From IMG/VR virus record IMGVR_UViG_3300037478_000283, positions 4,567 through 68,566 of that record: 64,000 nucleotides of DNA. One strand, 5' to 3'. The notes under the pieces were generated by a model. The model saw only the letters and a program-made list of their open reading frames with translations. It ran no database searches and was not told where the DNA came from. This DNA is from a virus. Taxonomy: Duplodnaviria > Caudoviricetes. The position numbers and the translations under genes are program-made. Shown one piece after another: positions 9,334 through 19,332 of this stretch (the first letter of the stretch is position 1; each line of letters opens with the position of its first letter).

Positions 9334-11033
9334 AGCTCCGCGATTACCAGAAACGAGCGGTTAGAGAGATCGACAAGCGGATCAAGTCGGGTTGTCTCCG
9401 AGTGCTCGCGGTCGGTCCTGTTGCCTGCGGCAAAGGGACCATCGCAGCGTGGCGCCTTGCTCGGTTGGCACGCCAGGGCAAGCGCGGGATCCTGATCGTC
9501 CATCGTCGGGAGATCGTGCTCGACATTGCCGATCGTGTTCGCAAGGCCACCGGACAGGAGGTGGACGTCATCCTGCCGGGGCACAAGCGGAATGGCGCGC
9601 GAATCAAGGTCGCGAGCGTCCAGTCGTTGATCAAGGCGAAACACGTGCCGGTCGACGAGGTGATCATCGACGAATGCCACCACTACCCAGGGCCGTCGAA
9701 GTCGGAAGCCGAGGAGCGGCGGGCATGGCGGTCAGTGCTGCGGCGATACCGGCGGACGCCGATCGTTGGCTTCACCGCGACCCCGGAGCGCAGCGACCAC
9801 AAGCCGCTTGGCGAAGTGTTCCAGCAGATCGTCGAGATCGCGACCTACTCGGAGATGCTCCGGAAGCGAAAGCTGGTCCGATGCAGGGTGTTCCGTCCGG
9901 AGCGACCACTGAAGACCGACCTGGCCCAGGACGCCGTGGAGGCATACAAGCGCTACACGCCCGGCCGGTCGGCGTTCGTGTTCGTGAAGAGCGTTCATGA
10001 GGCCCACCGGGCAGCCGCGGCGTTCAAGAAAGCGAAGATACCAGCCGCATTCGTCACCGAGCGAACGCCGAAGCGAATCAGGGATGCCGCGCTTGCCGAC
10101 CTCGCCGCCGGCAAGATCAGCGTCGTCGTGAACGTCTACACGATGACCGAAGGCGTGGACGTGCCAGCGGTCGACACGATCATCCTTGGTCGGTGGGTCG
10201 ACCACGCGAGCACATATGTGCAGATCACAGGCCGAGCGATGCGGATGTTCGCGCGGAAGAAGCACGCGATACTGCTGGACCTTGCAGGCTCGAGCTGGGT
10301 GCACGGGTTGCCGCACGATGACCGGACGTACTCGCTGACGGGGCGACAGGCGATCGGGCAGCATCGCAAAGGCGATCCGCCGCCTCAGCGAGAGCGTGGA
10401 AGCGGAAGCGTGCTCGGTCTAGATCTGGTGGAGGTCGATCCGAATGGCGAGGTGCTGTGGCGGACATCGTTTCCCAATAAGAAAAAGGGTATCGATTGGG
10501 ACAAACAGCCACTCGGGAAAATGTACGATCGAGCGCTAGCTGACAAGTTAAGCGTATCACGTTCAAGTGTATGTCAAGCGCGCGAAAAACTTGGGATACC
10601 ACCATACGGTGAGTGCTACGATCTCGACGATCAGCCCTTTGGCAAGGTGCCTGATAGCGTCATTGCTGAAAAGCTTGGGATGTGTAATTCAACCGTGTCA
10701 AAAGCGCGTAGGATGCGAGGAATTCCATCGTGGTCGGCGAGTGCTGCCATCGATTGGGATAGCGAATTACGGCTCGGGAAGATGTCGGACGGAGCGCTTG
10801 CAAGTCTAATTGGTACAAGTCCCACCGCTGTCAGGTACGCTCGCGATCGTCGTGGGATCCCGGCGTATCCTAGGAAGAAGGTGGATTGGGATCAAGAAAC
10901 TCGCCTAGGCAAGATATTAGACTGTGAGCTTGCGAAACAACTTGGCGTGAGCCCAACTATCGTTGGGCGAGCTAGGGCTAGACGCGACATCCCACCATTC
11001 AAAAGCCAATCCACCACGAGCCAACCCACATGA
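9330..11033 (+). CDS. SF2 (DEAH-type) helicase with four C-terminal HTH-like repeats
   Basis: [39 protein letters not shown]; 4x DW...LGK..D..LA..LG.S...V..AR...GIP. Confidence 0.9.
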   Translation: MKLRDYQKRAVREIDKRIKSGCLRVLAVGPVACGKGTIAAWRLARLARQGKRGILIVHRREIVLDIADRVRKATGQEVDVILPGHKRNGARIKVASVQSLIKAKHVPVDEVIIDECHHYPGPSKSEAEERRAWRSVLRRYRRTPIVGFTATPERSDHKPLGEVFQQIVEIATYSEMLRKRKLVRCRVFRPERPLKTDLAQDAVEAYKRYTPGRSAFVFVKSVHEAHRAAAAFKKAKIPAAFVTERTPKRIRDAALADLAAGKISVVVNVYTMTEGVDVPAVDTIILGRWVDHASTYVQITGRAMRMFARKKHAILLDLAGSSWVHGLPHDDRTYSLTGRQAIGQHRKGDPPPQRERGSGSVLGLDLVEVDPNGEVLWRTSFPNKKKGIDWDKQPLGKMYDRALADKLSVSRSSVCQAREKLGIPPYGECYDLDDQPFGKVPDSVIAEKLGMCNSTVSKARRMRGIPSWSASAAIDWDSELRLGKMSDGALASLIGTSPTAVRYARDRRGIPAYPRKKVDWDQETRLGKILDCELAKQLGVSPTIVGRARARRDIPPFKSQSTTSQPT

Positions 11034-11230
11034 CCGACATCGTCACCGTGATCTCCCGCCACGTCACCCTCGTCAAAACCGGCGACAACTACAAGGGGTT
11101 GTGCCCGTTTCACACGGAGAACACGCCCAGCTTCAGCGTTAGCCCAGCCAGGCAGCGGTTCCTGTGTTTCGGCTGCGGAGCGGAGGGGGACGCGGAAGAG
11201 TTCGTGAGGCTGATGGAGGGCACCACATGA
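11030..11230 (+). CDS. stand-alone CHC2 (DnaG primase-type) zinc finger
   Basis: [39 protein letters not shown]; stop after 66 aa. Confidence 0.9.
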   Translation: MTDIVTVISRHVTLVKTGDNYKGLCPFHTENTPSFSVSPARQRFLCFGCGAEGDAEEFVRLMEGTT

Positions 11231-11370
11231 ACAAGGAATCGTTCAGCGACAAGGTGTGGACCGTGACGATCGCGATCATCCTGCTCGCATACGTCGGCGT
11301 GAGCATGTACGAGCGAGCGGTCCACCCGGAACGCACGAACCAGATCAGCTGCAACGCGGAGGACAAATGA
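11227..11370 (+). CDS. small membrane protein
   Basis: Single [21 protein letters not shown]; ATGA overlaps. Confidence 0.55.
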   Translation: MNKESFSDKVWTVTIAIILLAYVGVSMYERAVHPERTNQISCNAEDK

Positions 11371-11588
11371 GCAAAATCACCAGTCACGAGATCAGTCTAT
11401 CCGTCAACGGATCCACCCTTGTGAACATATTCGTACTGCTGAATAGCAAGGATCCTGAAGTCGAACAGGCCGCGGCGAAGTTCGCGGAGGTAGCGATCGA
11501 GAATCTAATCGTTTCACTCCAGGCGGGAGGCGCGGAGATCCTCGCTAAACGGATGCTCAGACAGCATTACGAGGACTGCGCCAGGTAG
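11367..11588 (+). CDS. hypothetical protein
   Basis: ATGA overlap, GGAGG RBS. Confidence 0.55.
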   Translation: MSKITSHEISLSVNGSTLVNIFVLLNSKDPEVEQAAAKFAEVAIENLIVSLQAGGAEILAKRMLRQHYEDCAR

Positions 11589-11596
11589 GCAGGACC

Positions 11597-11767
11597 ATGA
11601 CGCTGATTGAATGGGCCACGGTGGCCGTTGCCTGCCTGGCAGCGCTGTCCAACCTGTGGTGGATCCATCGGCGCGTCGGACGGCTAGAGGCGATCGGAAG
11701 ACGGCGATCCGAAGCGTTGCGACAAGCATGCGCCCGGTTTGAGCCGCCGAAAGCGGGGCCCCGCTGA
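11597..11767 (+). CDS. small membrane protein
   Basis: MTLIEWATVAVACLAALSNLWWIHRRV; AGGA RBS. Confidence 0.5.
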   Translation: MTLIEWATVAVACLAALSNLWWIHRRVGRLEAIGRRRSEALRQACARFEPPKAGPR

Positions 11768-11799
11768 AGCACCATCGCACCACGTGGTTCTGTGACCGG

Positions 11800-12150
11800 G
11801 TGGCGGCTGACGTGGCTGCTGTGACCGGCGTGTCGGCCCGCGCTATGTTGGGGCGGTCCCAGCGTCGGCCGGTAGCCAGGGCCCGCATGCTTGCCTGGTG
11901 GCTATCAAGGGCAGCGTCAGGATGCAGCTACCTCGAGCTGTCCCGATACTGGCGCCGGGACCATTCGACACTAGTGCAGGCCTGCCAGCGGCTCGAGCGG
12001 TGCCTGGTGGTCGGCGGATGGGCCAGGCCCCTGCTCTGGCAGGTGCTGGCCGCTCAGCCGTCATGCTCCGCGCAGGTAGCTGAGGTCGTCGTCGCCACGG
12101 GTGGCGTAGTAGGCGAGGGCGACAGCGATGGCGGCATCGCCGTGCCGTGA
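11800..12150 (+). CDS. stand-alone DnaA domain IV (Bac_DnaA_C)-like protein
   Basis: VAAVTGVSARAMLGRSQRRPVARARMLAWWLSR...SYLELSRYWRRDHSTLVQAC matches the domain IV pattern (R..ar..a.yl.r...S..eig..f.RDH.TV); 3' end overlaps TerL convergently. Confidence 0.8.
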   Translation: MAADVAAVTGVSARAMLGRSQRRPVARARMLAWWLSRAASGCSYLELSRYWRRDHSTLVQACQRLERCLVVGGWARPLLWQVLAAQPSCSAQVAEVVVATGGVVGEGDSDGGIAVP

Positions 12151-13524
12151 CTTGCCGCGGTCGTCCCGGGACCTGGCCGATGGCAGCTTCGGGATCCCGT
12201 TGACGAGCTGGATCTGCTGAAGGTCGCTGCGTACGTTCGAGCAGCGCGGGATCAGGATCGTCTGCTGCTCGAACGCGGCCCGAAGCTCGGGAAGGTTCTC
12301 GGCGTACCACCGCTCGCTCAGGTGCAGCTCCTCGATCCGGTAGCGACCAAACTGGTCCGCGGCGGCCTCCGCCAGCTGCATGCCGATCCCGCCGGCATCA
12401 AGGACGCCCTGCTGCAGCCGTGGCAACGCGCCTCCGATGTGGAGCAGGATCCGCTCCTGCTGCCGGAACGGCACGTTGCGGAGCTCGACCAGGAACGGGA
12501 CCCGACGGACCAGGTTGTACTGGACCGCGACCGGGGCGATCACGGTGATGTCGCTGGTCCTGCCACAGTCGAAGCCGAACGAGTGATCCAGTCCAGGATC
12601 GAGCTCGCGCAGCAGTGGGTCGACTACAGCGTGCAGCCACTGATTGGTCTGCTCGGTGCGCTGCTCATCGGAGAGCTCCAGGAAGCTGTCATCCAGGTCG
12701 AGCCGCAGCACCGGAGCGTCGTGCATGCACCGCTCGATCATCGGACCGGTCAGGTAGGACTCGCCCGATGCTGCCGGGATGCAGTGGAACTCCTCGTCTG
12801 CGTGGCGAACGGCGGTCCGGATGATCATGTCCCGCCAGGCCTGTTCGCCGCGCTCGGTCCAGCAGATCCCATGCCCAAGGCAGATCCGTCGATAGAGCCC
12901 CTGCTGGATCGCCTCGTCGAAGGTCGTTCGGTGGACGGAGTGATCTGTTTCGCCGATCCTGGCCGCGACGATCATCCTGTTGAACGGGTTCTGATCGCCC
13001 CTGTGGGTCGAGATCAGGGCGATCCGGCCGCCCCAGACCAGGAATGCGGTAGCGGCCGCCATCCATGCTTCCAGGTCATCGTGATGCGCGGCCTCGTCGA
13101 GGATCGCGTAGCCACGTTTGCCACGAAGCCGCCTCGGGTGGGACGAGAGCGAGTGGATCCGATGCCCGCTGGCAAAGCGGATCTCGAACGCCAGTATGTC
13201 CTCCTTCTCGTCCTCGATCATCGTCTGCTGGGCAGCCCCGGTCAGCACGCAGAACGCGGCCACCCACATCTCGCAGTCACGAATGAACTCCTTGGCGTCC
13301 CTCTCGGTGGCCGCCATGAACCAGACGTCCTTGCCGCCGTCCCGCCGCCGCAGCATCGCCGTCATCACTGCTTCGGCGGCAGTGCACCAGGTAATCCCGA
13401 TCTGCCGGCTCTTCTCGCAGATCTTGACCAGGCTACGGTCAGCGACCCATCGCTGCTGGTACGGGAGCAGGACGGCTGGCAGCGGCTCGGCTGCCACTTC
13501 GTCCCGAGGAGCCGCCTGATTCAC
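12061..13524 (-). CDS. terL: terminase large subunit, Mu gp28-like
   Basis: LLPYQQRWV...EKSRQIGITW, ILDEAAHH, LISTHRGDQNPF, FGFDCGRTSDITV, HGDAAIAVALA; GTG 13524 with GGAGG RBS (ORF track extends to 13575). Confidence 0.92.
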   Translation of the reverse strand: MNQAAPRDEVAAEPLPAVLLPYQQRWVADRSLVKICEKSRQIGITWCTAAEAVMTAMLRRRDGGKDVWFMAATERDAKEFIRDCEMWVAAFCVLTGAAQQTMIEDEKEDILAFEIRFASGHRIHSLSSHPRRLRGKRGYAILDEAAHHDDLEAWMAAATAFLVWGGRIALISTHRGDQNPFNRMIVAARIGETDHSVHRTTFDEAIQQGLYRRICLGHGICWTERGEQAWRDMIIRTAVRHADEEFHCIPAASGESYLTGPMIERCMHDAPVLRLDLDDSFLELSDEQRTEQTNQWLHAVVDPLLRELDPGLDHSFGFDCGRTSDITVIAPVAVQYNLVRRVPFLVELRNVPFRQQERILLHIGGALPRLQQGVLDAGGIGMQLAEAAADQFGRYRIEELHLSERWYAENLPELRAAFEQQTILIPRCSNVRSDLQQIQLVNGIPKLPSARSRDDRGKSRHGDAAIAVALAYYATRGDDDLSYLRGA

Positions 13525-13760
13525 ACAGAAGCGCCCCTCCGCAGGAATGACCGGGTCAGCCCGCGGATCAGGCAACTGACGGTGGTGCCGATCCGGGCGG
13601 CGGCTCGCTGCAGGGCCAACACGTCGGCCGGCGACATGTCACACCGAACCGAATGGCGCCCCTCGGGCTCGAGGTCATCGACGGCCAACCCTAGATCCTC
13701 GAGGAAGCTGGCAAAAGCGGCCCTCTGGTCTTCGTTAGCCGCAGGGTGGATGACAGCCAT
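13521..13760 (-). CDS. small protein with RHH/CopG-like C-terminus, coupled to terL
   Basis: SVRCDMSPADVLALQRAAARIGTTVSCLIRGL; GTGA overlap with terL start. Confidence 0.55.
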   Translation of the reverse strand: MAVIHPAANEDQRAAFASFLEDLGLAVDDLEPEGRHSVRCDMSPADVLALQRAAARIGTTVSCLIRGLTRSFLRRGASV

Positions 13761-13814
13761 TGCGCGGGTGTGCGGGGTGCTATCGCACACATGAAATAGG
13801 GTGAAGAATGGAAA

Positions 13815-14507
13815 TTGATTTGTCAAATTGTGCCGGCAAGACTTCCACAGGTCCGGGATAGCGGATGTGGTATGCTCCAGAGCATCGACCTGAGGCCACA
13901 GGAGGTGCGCCCCGAGCACACCATCCCAGAGCTGGAAGCCCTGAGCGCCCGGCATCGAGTATTCGTGCTCACCTATTGCGGCATGCAAGGCTCTGTCGCG
14001 AAGTGGAACGCGACGGAAGCGGCGAGGCAAGCTGGCTACGCGCAGACCGACTCGCTGTATCGGACAGCCAGCGAGGTACTGCACCGCCCCGACGTCCGAG
14101 CCGCCATCAATGCGATCCTCGAGCTGAGGCGCCAGCGGTACTCGGAGATCATCGATCGAGCAGTGGAAGAACTAGCAGCGTTGGCGTTCGCGAAGATCAC
14201 CCCAGACGCCGCCGAGATCGTGAATGGCAACCTGATCATCAAGGACACGTCGGAGATGGACGAAGCTACGCAGCGTGCGATCGCTGAGATCTCGGAGACC
14301 GAAACGGCAAGCGGTAGATCGGTGCCGAAGCTGAAGATGCACAACAAGGCGCATGCGCTGGCCCTGCTGCTGAAGGTCACTGGTGGCATCGTGGAGCGCC
14401 ATGCTGGACCAGACGGCAAGGGACCGATACCGGTCAAGGTCGTAACGCCCGAGACAGTTGATGTGATCAAGCGTAAGATCCTCGGGATCGGAGAGGAAGA
14501 CGAATGA
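13815..14507 (+). CDS. terS: terminase small subunit (Terminase_2-like)
   Basis: LSARHRVFVLTY...NATEAARQAGYA...KLKMHNKAHALALLLK; true start may be 13872. Confidence 0.85.
   Translation: MICQIVPARLPQVRDSGCGMLQSIDLRPQEVRPEHTIPELEALSARHRVFVLTYCGMQGSVAKWNATEAARQAGYAQTDSLYRTASEVLHRPDVRAAINAILELRRQRYSEIIDRAVEELAALAFAKITPDAAEIVNGNLIIKDTSEMDEATQRAIAEISETETASGRSVPKLKMHNKAHALALLLKVTGGIVERHAGPDGKGPIPVKVVTPETVDVIKRKILGIGEEDE
13839..13852. promoter_or_regulatory. 14-bp motif AGACTTCCACAGGT, copy 1 (terL/terS divergent intergenic)
   Basis: Exact match to 22940-22953. Confidence 0.55.
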
Positions 14508-15232
14508 GCACGCAATGCCCCGACTGCAAAGGCACAGGAGTCTATGTCGGACTGGTGATACGCGAGCCGTGTCGGACGTGCGCGGAGAAGGGGCCGATCT
14601 TGGGGACCACCATCACCCGTGCGGACGTCCTGTATGAACCGAAGGAATGCAAGCACGGCACCGACGGCGCGGACGAAGATCCGAACATTTGCTCGGCTTG
14701 CTGCGCGGAGATGCGTGCGGCCGTTGAAGAGCTCACGGGCGTCGAGCAGGTGATCGCGAATGATCTTGGACTGCCGAAGGAGATCCTGTTCCCAGGGACC
14801 AAGAGAATCGGCGACCAGGTAGTGTTCCAGCCGTACCCGCAGCACATCGACTGCCGCTGCATAAGGGACGGCTCGCTCGCACGGCTCGACGTCGCTTACG
14901 ACTCCGAGCAGCAACCGCAGCAATTCGGCTCCAGGCTCCAACAGTTGTTCAAGCCGTCCATACAGCACGTCGACTGCCGCAACATTGAGAGCGGGGCGAC
15001 CCGCGAGATGGTCGCGCACGCGATCAACTACGCAATCGCGGAAGGACAGTTCATTGGTGTATTTACTGGCGAGAAAGATGCCCGAATCGCATTACGGTGG
15101 GCAGTTGAGGCGCGGAGTCAAATCATGGAGCGAGGGCTGCCGCTGCGCGCCTCGGTCGACGGCCCCATGATCACGATCACGTCTGTGACGCTTCCACCCA
15201 TAACCTATGCGGCAACCGACTCGGAAACGTGA
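14504..15232 (+). CDS. hypothetical protein with CxxCxGxG zinc finger
   Basis: CPDCKGTG...CRTC, CKH...CSAC; internal QH(I/V)DCR repeat. Confidence 0.6.
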   Translation: MSTQCPDCKGTGVYVGLVIREPCRTCAEKGPILGTTITRADVLYEPKECKHGTDGADEDPNICSACCAEMRAAVEELTGVEQVIANDLGLPKEILFPGTKRIGDQVVFQPYPQHIDCRCIRDGSLARLDVAYDSEQQPQQFGSRLQQLFKPSIQHVDCRNIESGATREMVAHAINYAIAEGQFIGVFTGEKDARIALRWAVEARSQIMERGLPLRASVDGPMITITSVTLPPITYAATDSET

Positions 15233-15506
15233 CCACGCCCGCGGGTAGCGTCGCGACGATCCGGAACAGGTAGAGACCGGGCTCACCAAAGTCGTCGACC
15301 TGCCACTGGTAGGTCACCCGGCCAGTTTCAGGATCCGCGTCGACAGTCATCGCTGATGTCTTCATTGTGCCGCCGGGAGCCAGCCACCATTGCAGCTCGA
15401 CCGTGGCGCCAGTGAGATCCTGGGCTACCCCAACGTCGTTCTCGACGGTTCGAGAAAGCGCCCGCCCGGTGTCGCCCATTACCAGGTATTCGGTGTTGAT
15501 CGTCAT
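15177..15506 (-). CDS. BppU N-terminal-like (baseplate upper/fibre adaptor) protein
   Basis: MGDTGRAL...DLTGATVEL...GRVTYQWQVDD...GLY...TFP pattern. Confidence 0.7.
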   Translation of the reverse strand: MTINTEYLVMGDTGRALSRTVENDVGVAQDLTGATVELQWWLAPGGTMKTSAMTVDADPETGRVTYQWQVDDFGEPGLYLFRIVATLPAGVVTFPSRLPHRLWVEASQT

Positions 15507-17740
15507 CGTCGGATCCTCGTGTAGCCAAGGTTGCCGCGTGTAGCTCCGGTGCCTATGGAGCCACCGCCGGAGAGTCCCGTGCTGTGCCCGGACACCGGGG
15601 GGATATCGAAGGCCAGCTCAACCGCCGCGACCGGACCGAACCCCGTCGGCTCACCCGCTGTCCCGGATACCGTGATCTGAGCCGTTGCCTCGACATTGGA
15701 TGCGGTCGGAGCGCCTGCTCGAGCAGCGACGAACCCACCGACCTGCATCGTGAGATCGGAGGCGGTCGGCTGGCCCGCTGCACCTGCAACGATCAGGCTG
15801 GCCAGGCCGGACGGCGACGCCTCAGTGGTTGACCCCTGAACCGCTTGAACCGAAACCGAAGCGGTTCCAGGGAGATCACTCTCGGTCGGGCTGCCAGCAG
15901 TGCCGGCGACCGGAAGCAACGCTTCCCCGGAGACGTCCGCCGCCGGCGCCGTGCCGGTCGTGCCCGACACGGTATGGATCGCCGTCGCCTGGAACCCCTC
16001 CGATGTCGGCGCCGCGAGTACGTCGACGACCTGAAGCGCAGCCAACGAAGCAACGTCGCGGGCCGTCGACTCATAGACGCCAGCAACCGTCAGTGTCAGG
16101 GCTGCGGGGAAGCCGACGGCTGTCGGAGCACCGGCGACACCGGCGATCCCTGTGGCTGCCAGGCTCGCCTGAAGGTCTGACGCGGTGGGGGTTGAGGCTG
16201 CGCCGGCGACTGTGAGCTGCCCGGTCGCAGCCAGTCCTGAGGCTGTCGGTGACCCTGCCTGGCCCGCAACGGGGACGCTGGCAGTGGCGGCGGTGTCGGC
16301 TGAGCTCGGGCCCTCGGTCGTGCCAGCGACCGCTAGCAGGGCTAGCGCCCCGAGGTCGGCTGACGTCGGGGACGCGGCGACGCCTTCGATCGCCAAGTTG
16401 TCCCCGACCTCGCCCTCGAGATCGGTGGCCGTCGTGGGGCCGGCGGATCCAGCAACGGCGATCCGCTCGGTCGCACCGATGTCAGCAGTCGTGGGAGTCC
16501 CGGTCTGGCCGGCGACCGGGAGGACCGCTGTCGCTGCGACGTCCCTGGCCGCCAGGTCACCCGCGGTTCCGGCGACCGTGAGCAGCCCGGTTCCTGACAG
16601 ATTGACCGACGTCCCCGGATCGAGCGACCCGGCGACAGCGATCGATTCGGTGCCAGCGAGGTCCGTCGCGGTCGGAGCCGGGACTTCGCAGGCGATCCGC
16701 AGCACGACCGTGGCCGCCAACGCGAGCAGCGTCGGGAGGCCGGTCTGGCCGAGCACGAACGGGTCGGCCGCCATGTCCGTCGCGGTAGGAGCCCCGACGG
16801 AGCCCGAGACGGCGAGCTGGTCGGCAGCGGAGACGTCGACGGCGGTCGGCGAGCCGGTGACGGCAGTGACGGGCAGGGAAACGGTCCCGGCTAGGTTCGT
16901 GGCGGTGACGGCCCCGGACGAGCCCGAGATCTCCAGATCGACCTCGATGGGATCGATGATCTCCGGATCTGGGAAAACGCCGTTGACCGTCAGTTGAACT
17001 GTCGAACTCGGGTCGACGGAGGTCGGGGCCGCAGCCTGCCCGCTGACCAGCACGATGGACGCCGACAGGTCCGTCGCGGTCGGTGAGCCGGCGACGCCCT
17101 CGACCGAGATCGACAGGGTCACGTCGGCCGCGAGGTCGACGGCGGTCGGCGAGCCGGTCGAACCTGCGGAGGAGAGCCGATCGGTCGCCGCCAAATCGGC
17201 TGCGGTCGGGCCGCCGGTGACGCCGGTGACCTCGAGCCCCGCGATCGTCCACGGCGCCGACACCCGCACACCCGCGCTCCCGATCGTGTAGTCGAGGGCC
17301 TCTGCACCATGCAGCGTCGTGTCGCGTAGCACGAAGTCGACGCGGGGCCGGTCGCCGGCTGCCCACGTCCCGAGGTCCAGGCTCGCGAACGCACCGCCGC
17401 TGAACGTCTTGGTGCCCGCGCTCGCCAGCTGCTCACCGTGGAGGCCTGACGATGCTTGAACGGTCCCGGACGAGTTGACGCGATGAATCCGGACGTCGAG
17501 CTGTAGATCAGCGTTGCCGGTCGTGATGTCGATCGTGACCGTGTAGTCGCCGGTGACGCCATCGACGCCTGGAACGCCCGCCTCTGTGAACCCGTAGTCG
17601 GTCTCCGTCGTATCGGTCGTGACCGACACGCCTAGCGTCGTCGAGCCAGGAGCGGTGGCGACGAGCGTGTTAGAAAAGTTAGTAGGAGACGGACCCGTCA
17701 GGTCTGAGGCTACAGTGGTCAGGAAATAATCAGTCGCCAC
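15503..17740 (-). CDS. 745-aa fibre-like protein: N-terminal globular domain plus ~27 x 20-aa repeats
   Basis: Repeat consensus (L/I)xVAGxxGxPTAxDLxA from about aa 168 to the C-terminus. Confidence 0.8.
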   Translation of the reverse strand: MATDYFLTTVASDLTGPSPTNFSNTLVATAPGSTTLGVSVTTDTTETDYGFTEAGVPGVDGVTGDYTVTIDITTGNADLQLDVRIHRVNSSGTVQASSGLHGEQLASAGTKTFSGGAFASLDLGTWAAGDRPRVDFVLRDTTLHGAEALDYTIGSAGVRVSAPWTIAGLEVTGVTGGPTAADLAATDRLSSAGSTGSPTAVDLAADVTLSISVEGVAGSPTATDLSASIVLVSGQAAAPTSVDPSSTVQLTVNGVFPDPEIIDPIEVDLEISGSSGAVTATNLAGTVSLPVTAVTGSPTAVDVSAADQLAVSGSVGAPTATDMAADPFVLGQTGLPTLLALAATVVLRIACEVPAPTATDLAGTESIAVAGSLDPGTSVNLSGTGLLTVAGTAGDLAARDVAATAVLPVAGQTGTPTTADIGATERIAVAGSAGPTTATDLEGEVGDNLAIEGVAASPTSADLGALALLAVAGTTEGPSSADTAATASVPVAGQAGSPTASGLAATGQLTVAGAASTPTASDLQASLAATGIAGVAGAPTAVGFPAALTLTVAGVYESTARDVASLAALQVVDVLAAPTSEGFQATAIHTVSGTTGTAPAADVSGEALLPVAGTAGSPTESDLPGTASVSVQAVQGSTTEASPSGLASLIVAGAAGQPTASDLTMQVGGFVAARAGAPTASNVEATAQITVSGTAGEPTGFGPVAAVELAFDIPPVSGHSTGLSGGGSIGTGATRGNLGYTRIRR

Positions 17741-17741
17741 G

Positions 17742-18065
17742 TCACGGCCTCCACCGATCGGCCATCGCGAGCGCGACGATCTCGTTGAACTCAGACTCGT
17801 CGATCATCAGCCCGAACTTGCTCCCAAACTCGCCCGGCAACGTGTACTCGTCACGGCCGACGACGATCGTCCGGTAACCGTTCGGGTGGTGGACCATCAG
17901 CACCTGCACGCCGTGTTCCGGCGCGTCCATCCATCGAGTCGAACCGGAACAGAACCATGACCCGTCCGCATACCAGAGCTGCCACCCGATGATCGGCATC
18001 TCGATTCGACCCCAGAACTCCGGCGTCGTCGCGAACCATGTACCGTTCGGGCCAGAGGGCGTCAT
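17742..18065 (-). CDS. hypothetical protein (107 aa)
   Basis: ATG 18065 with GAGG RBS; PIIGWQLWYADGSWF... Confidence 0.65.
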   Translation of the reverse strand: MTPSGPNGTWFATTPEFWGRIEMPIIGWQLWYADGSWFCSGSTRWMDAPEHGVQVLMVHHPNGYRTIVVGRDEYTLPGEFGSKFGLMIDESEFNEIVALAMADRWRP

Positions 18066-18067
18066 CG

Positions 18068-18841
18068 CTATTTCCTCACCGCCCAGTGAGCAGCGACCGA
18101 CAACCGGCTCGTCGCCTGAAGGTCCGTAGCGGTCGGGGCCAGCACGATGCCGTCGACCTCCGGGGTCGCGCCGCCGGCCGCAACGATCAACGAGGAGCCG
18201 ACGGGGTAAATGACTGACGGATGGACAGCCTCGGCGGTACCAGTCACCGACGCGGCGACGCCAGTGATCCGGTTCGTGTCGTCGCGGAGCAGCGGTGCGT
18301 GGAACGTCAGGTTCTGGCGGTACCACCCAGGGGACAGGCGCTTCGCGAGACCAGCGATCTCGCCCGCGGATAGTTCCCTGGTCCAAAGCGCGGCCTCGGC
18401 CATAATGCCGTCGAGTGCCCCGTAGCCACCATCTCCGAGCCCAATCCTCCAAACACCGTCGTTCGCGTTCGCAGCGCCAGATCCGGTGAAAGTGTCCGAG
18501 TAGCTCTCTTCGGTGCCGTCCCGGAAGATCTTGTATTCGGTCGCGGTCACGTTAGCCGTCGTGTGGATCAGGAAGTGGTAGAGCTGACCCGTCGATAGTC
18601 CCGTTGCGCCGACCCGATAACTGCTGCCGCTGACGAAGAACTTCTCAATGAACACGGCCGTGCCGGTCGTCCCGAACAACCACTTGTCATTACCGGCGAA
18701 GTCCGCCAGCGTGAAGATGACACGATCACCACTTAGGGTGTCGAACTGCACTAACAGCGAAACGGTGATCGGTCCAGCGGCCGGGTTGCCTTGATTGGTC
18801 CAAGATAAGAAATCGGTGGACCCGTTGAAGTCACGGGCCAT
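18068..18841 (-). CDS. LamG/concanavalin A-like lectin domain protein
   Basis: FNGSTDFL...ITVSLLVQF...YHF...YKIFRDG...WRIG...LDGIMAEAALWTRELSAGEI. Confidence 0.85.
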   Translation of the reverse strand: MARDFNGSTDFLSWTNQGNPAAGPITVSLLVQFDTLSGDRVIFTLADFAGNDKWLFGTTGTAVFIEKFFVSGSSYRVGATGLSTGQLYHFLIHTTANVTATEYKIFRDGTEESYSDTFTGSGAANANDGVWRIGLGDGGYGALDGIMAEAALWTRELSAGEIAGLAKRLSPGWYRQNLTFHAPLLRDDTNRITGVAASVTGTAEAVHPSVIYPVGSSLIVAAGGATPEVDGIVLAPTATDLQATSRLSVAAHWAVRK

Positions 18842-18845
18842 CGGG

Positions 18846-19331
18846 TCACGTGTCCCGGATGACGATCCCCAAAAGCTCCAGGTCGCCAGTCATCGTGTCG
18901 CCGGCGTCGGCGGCGTCCCTGGTGACCTTCAGTCGAGCCCACTCGCCGGCCACCAGGCTGTCCATCTGGGCGCCGCTGGAGTGGGCGATGCTGGTCGTGG
19001 TGTGCCTGCCGTTGGTCCCGTTGGCGGCGCTGGTAGCAGTCTGGGCGGCTGCGAAACTGTCGGTGTCGATGTTGTCGGTTCCAACCTGCAGGCGCTCGAT
19101 CTGCGTGTTGAGCTTCGCGTTCCCGCCAGTGGCGCTCGAGGCTGACCACGTGATCTCCACCGTGATCCCGCCACCAGTGTAGGTCGACGGCAGCAAGAAC
19201 CGGAACACGGCGGACTCGTTCGTGCTCGCGTCGTAATCCAGCACGTTCTGGTCGTTGCGCCGGTCTGGGGTCGCAGGGTTGCTGGTGGGCGGCTCATTAT
19301 TGCCCGGGACCAGTGAAGATAGCGTTGCCAT
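18846..19331 (-). CDS. putative virion appendage protein (beta-sandwich)
   Basis: LDYDASTNESAVFRFLLPSTYTGGGITVEITW...LKVTRDAADAGDT...LLGIVIR. Confidence 0.65.
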   Translation of the reverse strand: MATLSSLVPGNNEPPTSNPATPDRRNDQNVLDYDASTNESAVFRFLLPSTYTGGGITVEITWSASSATGGNAKLNTQIERLQVGTDNIDTDSFAAAQTATSAANGTNGRHTTTSIAHSSGAQMDSLVAGEWARLKVTRDAADAGDTMTGDLELLGIVIRDT

Positions 19332-19332
19332 G

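Noticed and set aside
12322-13794. 490-aa + strand ORF
   Set aside because: Antisense shadow of terL, typical of GC-rich codon bias. Many other long opposite-strand ORFs (e.g. 14036-15019, 47636-48799, 16185-16997) were rejected for the same reason.
15560-17260. Possible CRISPR or DNA repeat array
   Set aside because: Repeats are degenerate at third codon positions with 60-nt periodicity and no unique spacers; they are protein repeats.
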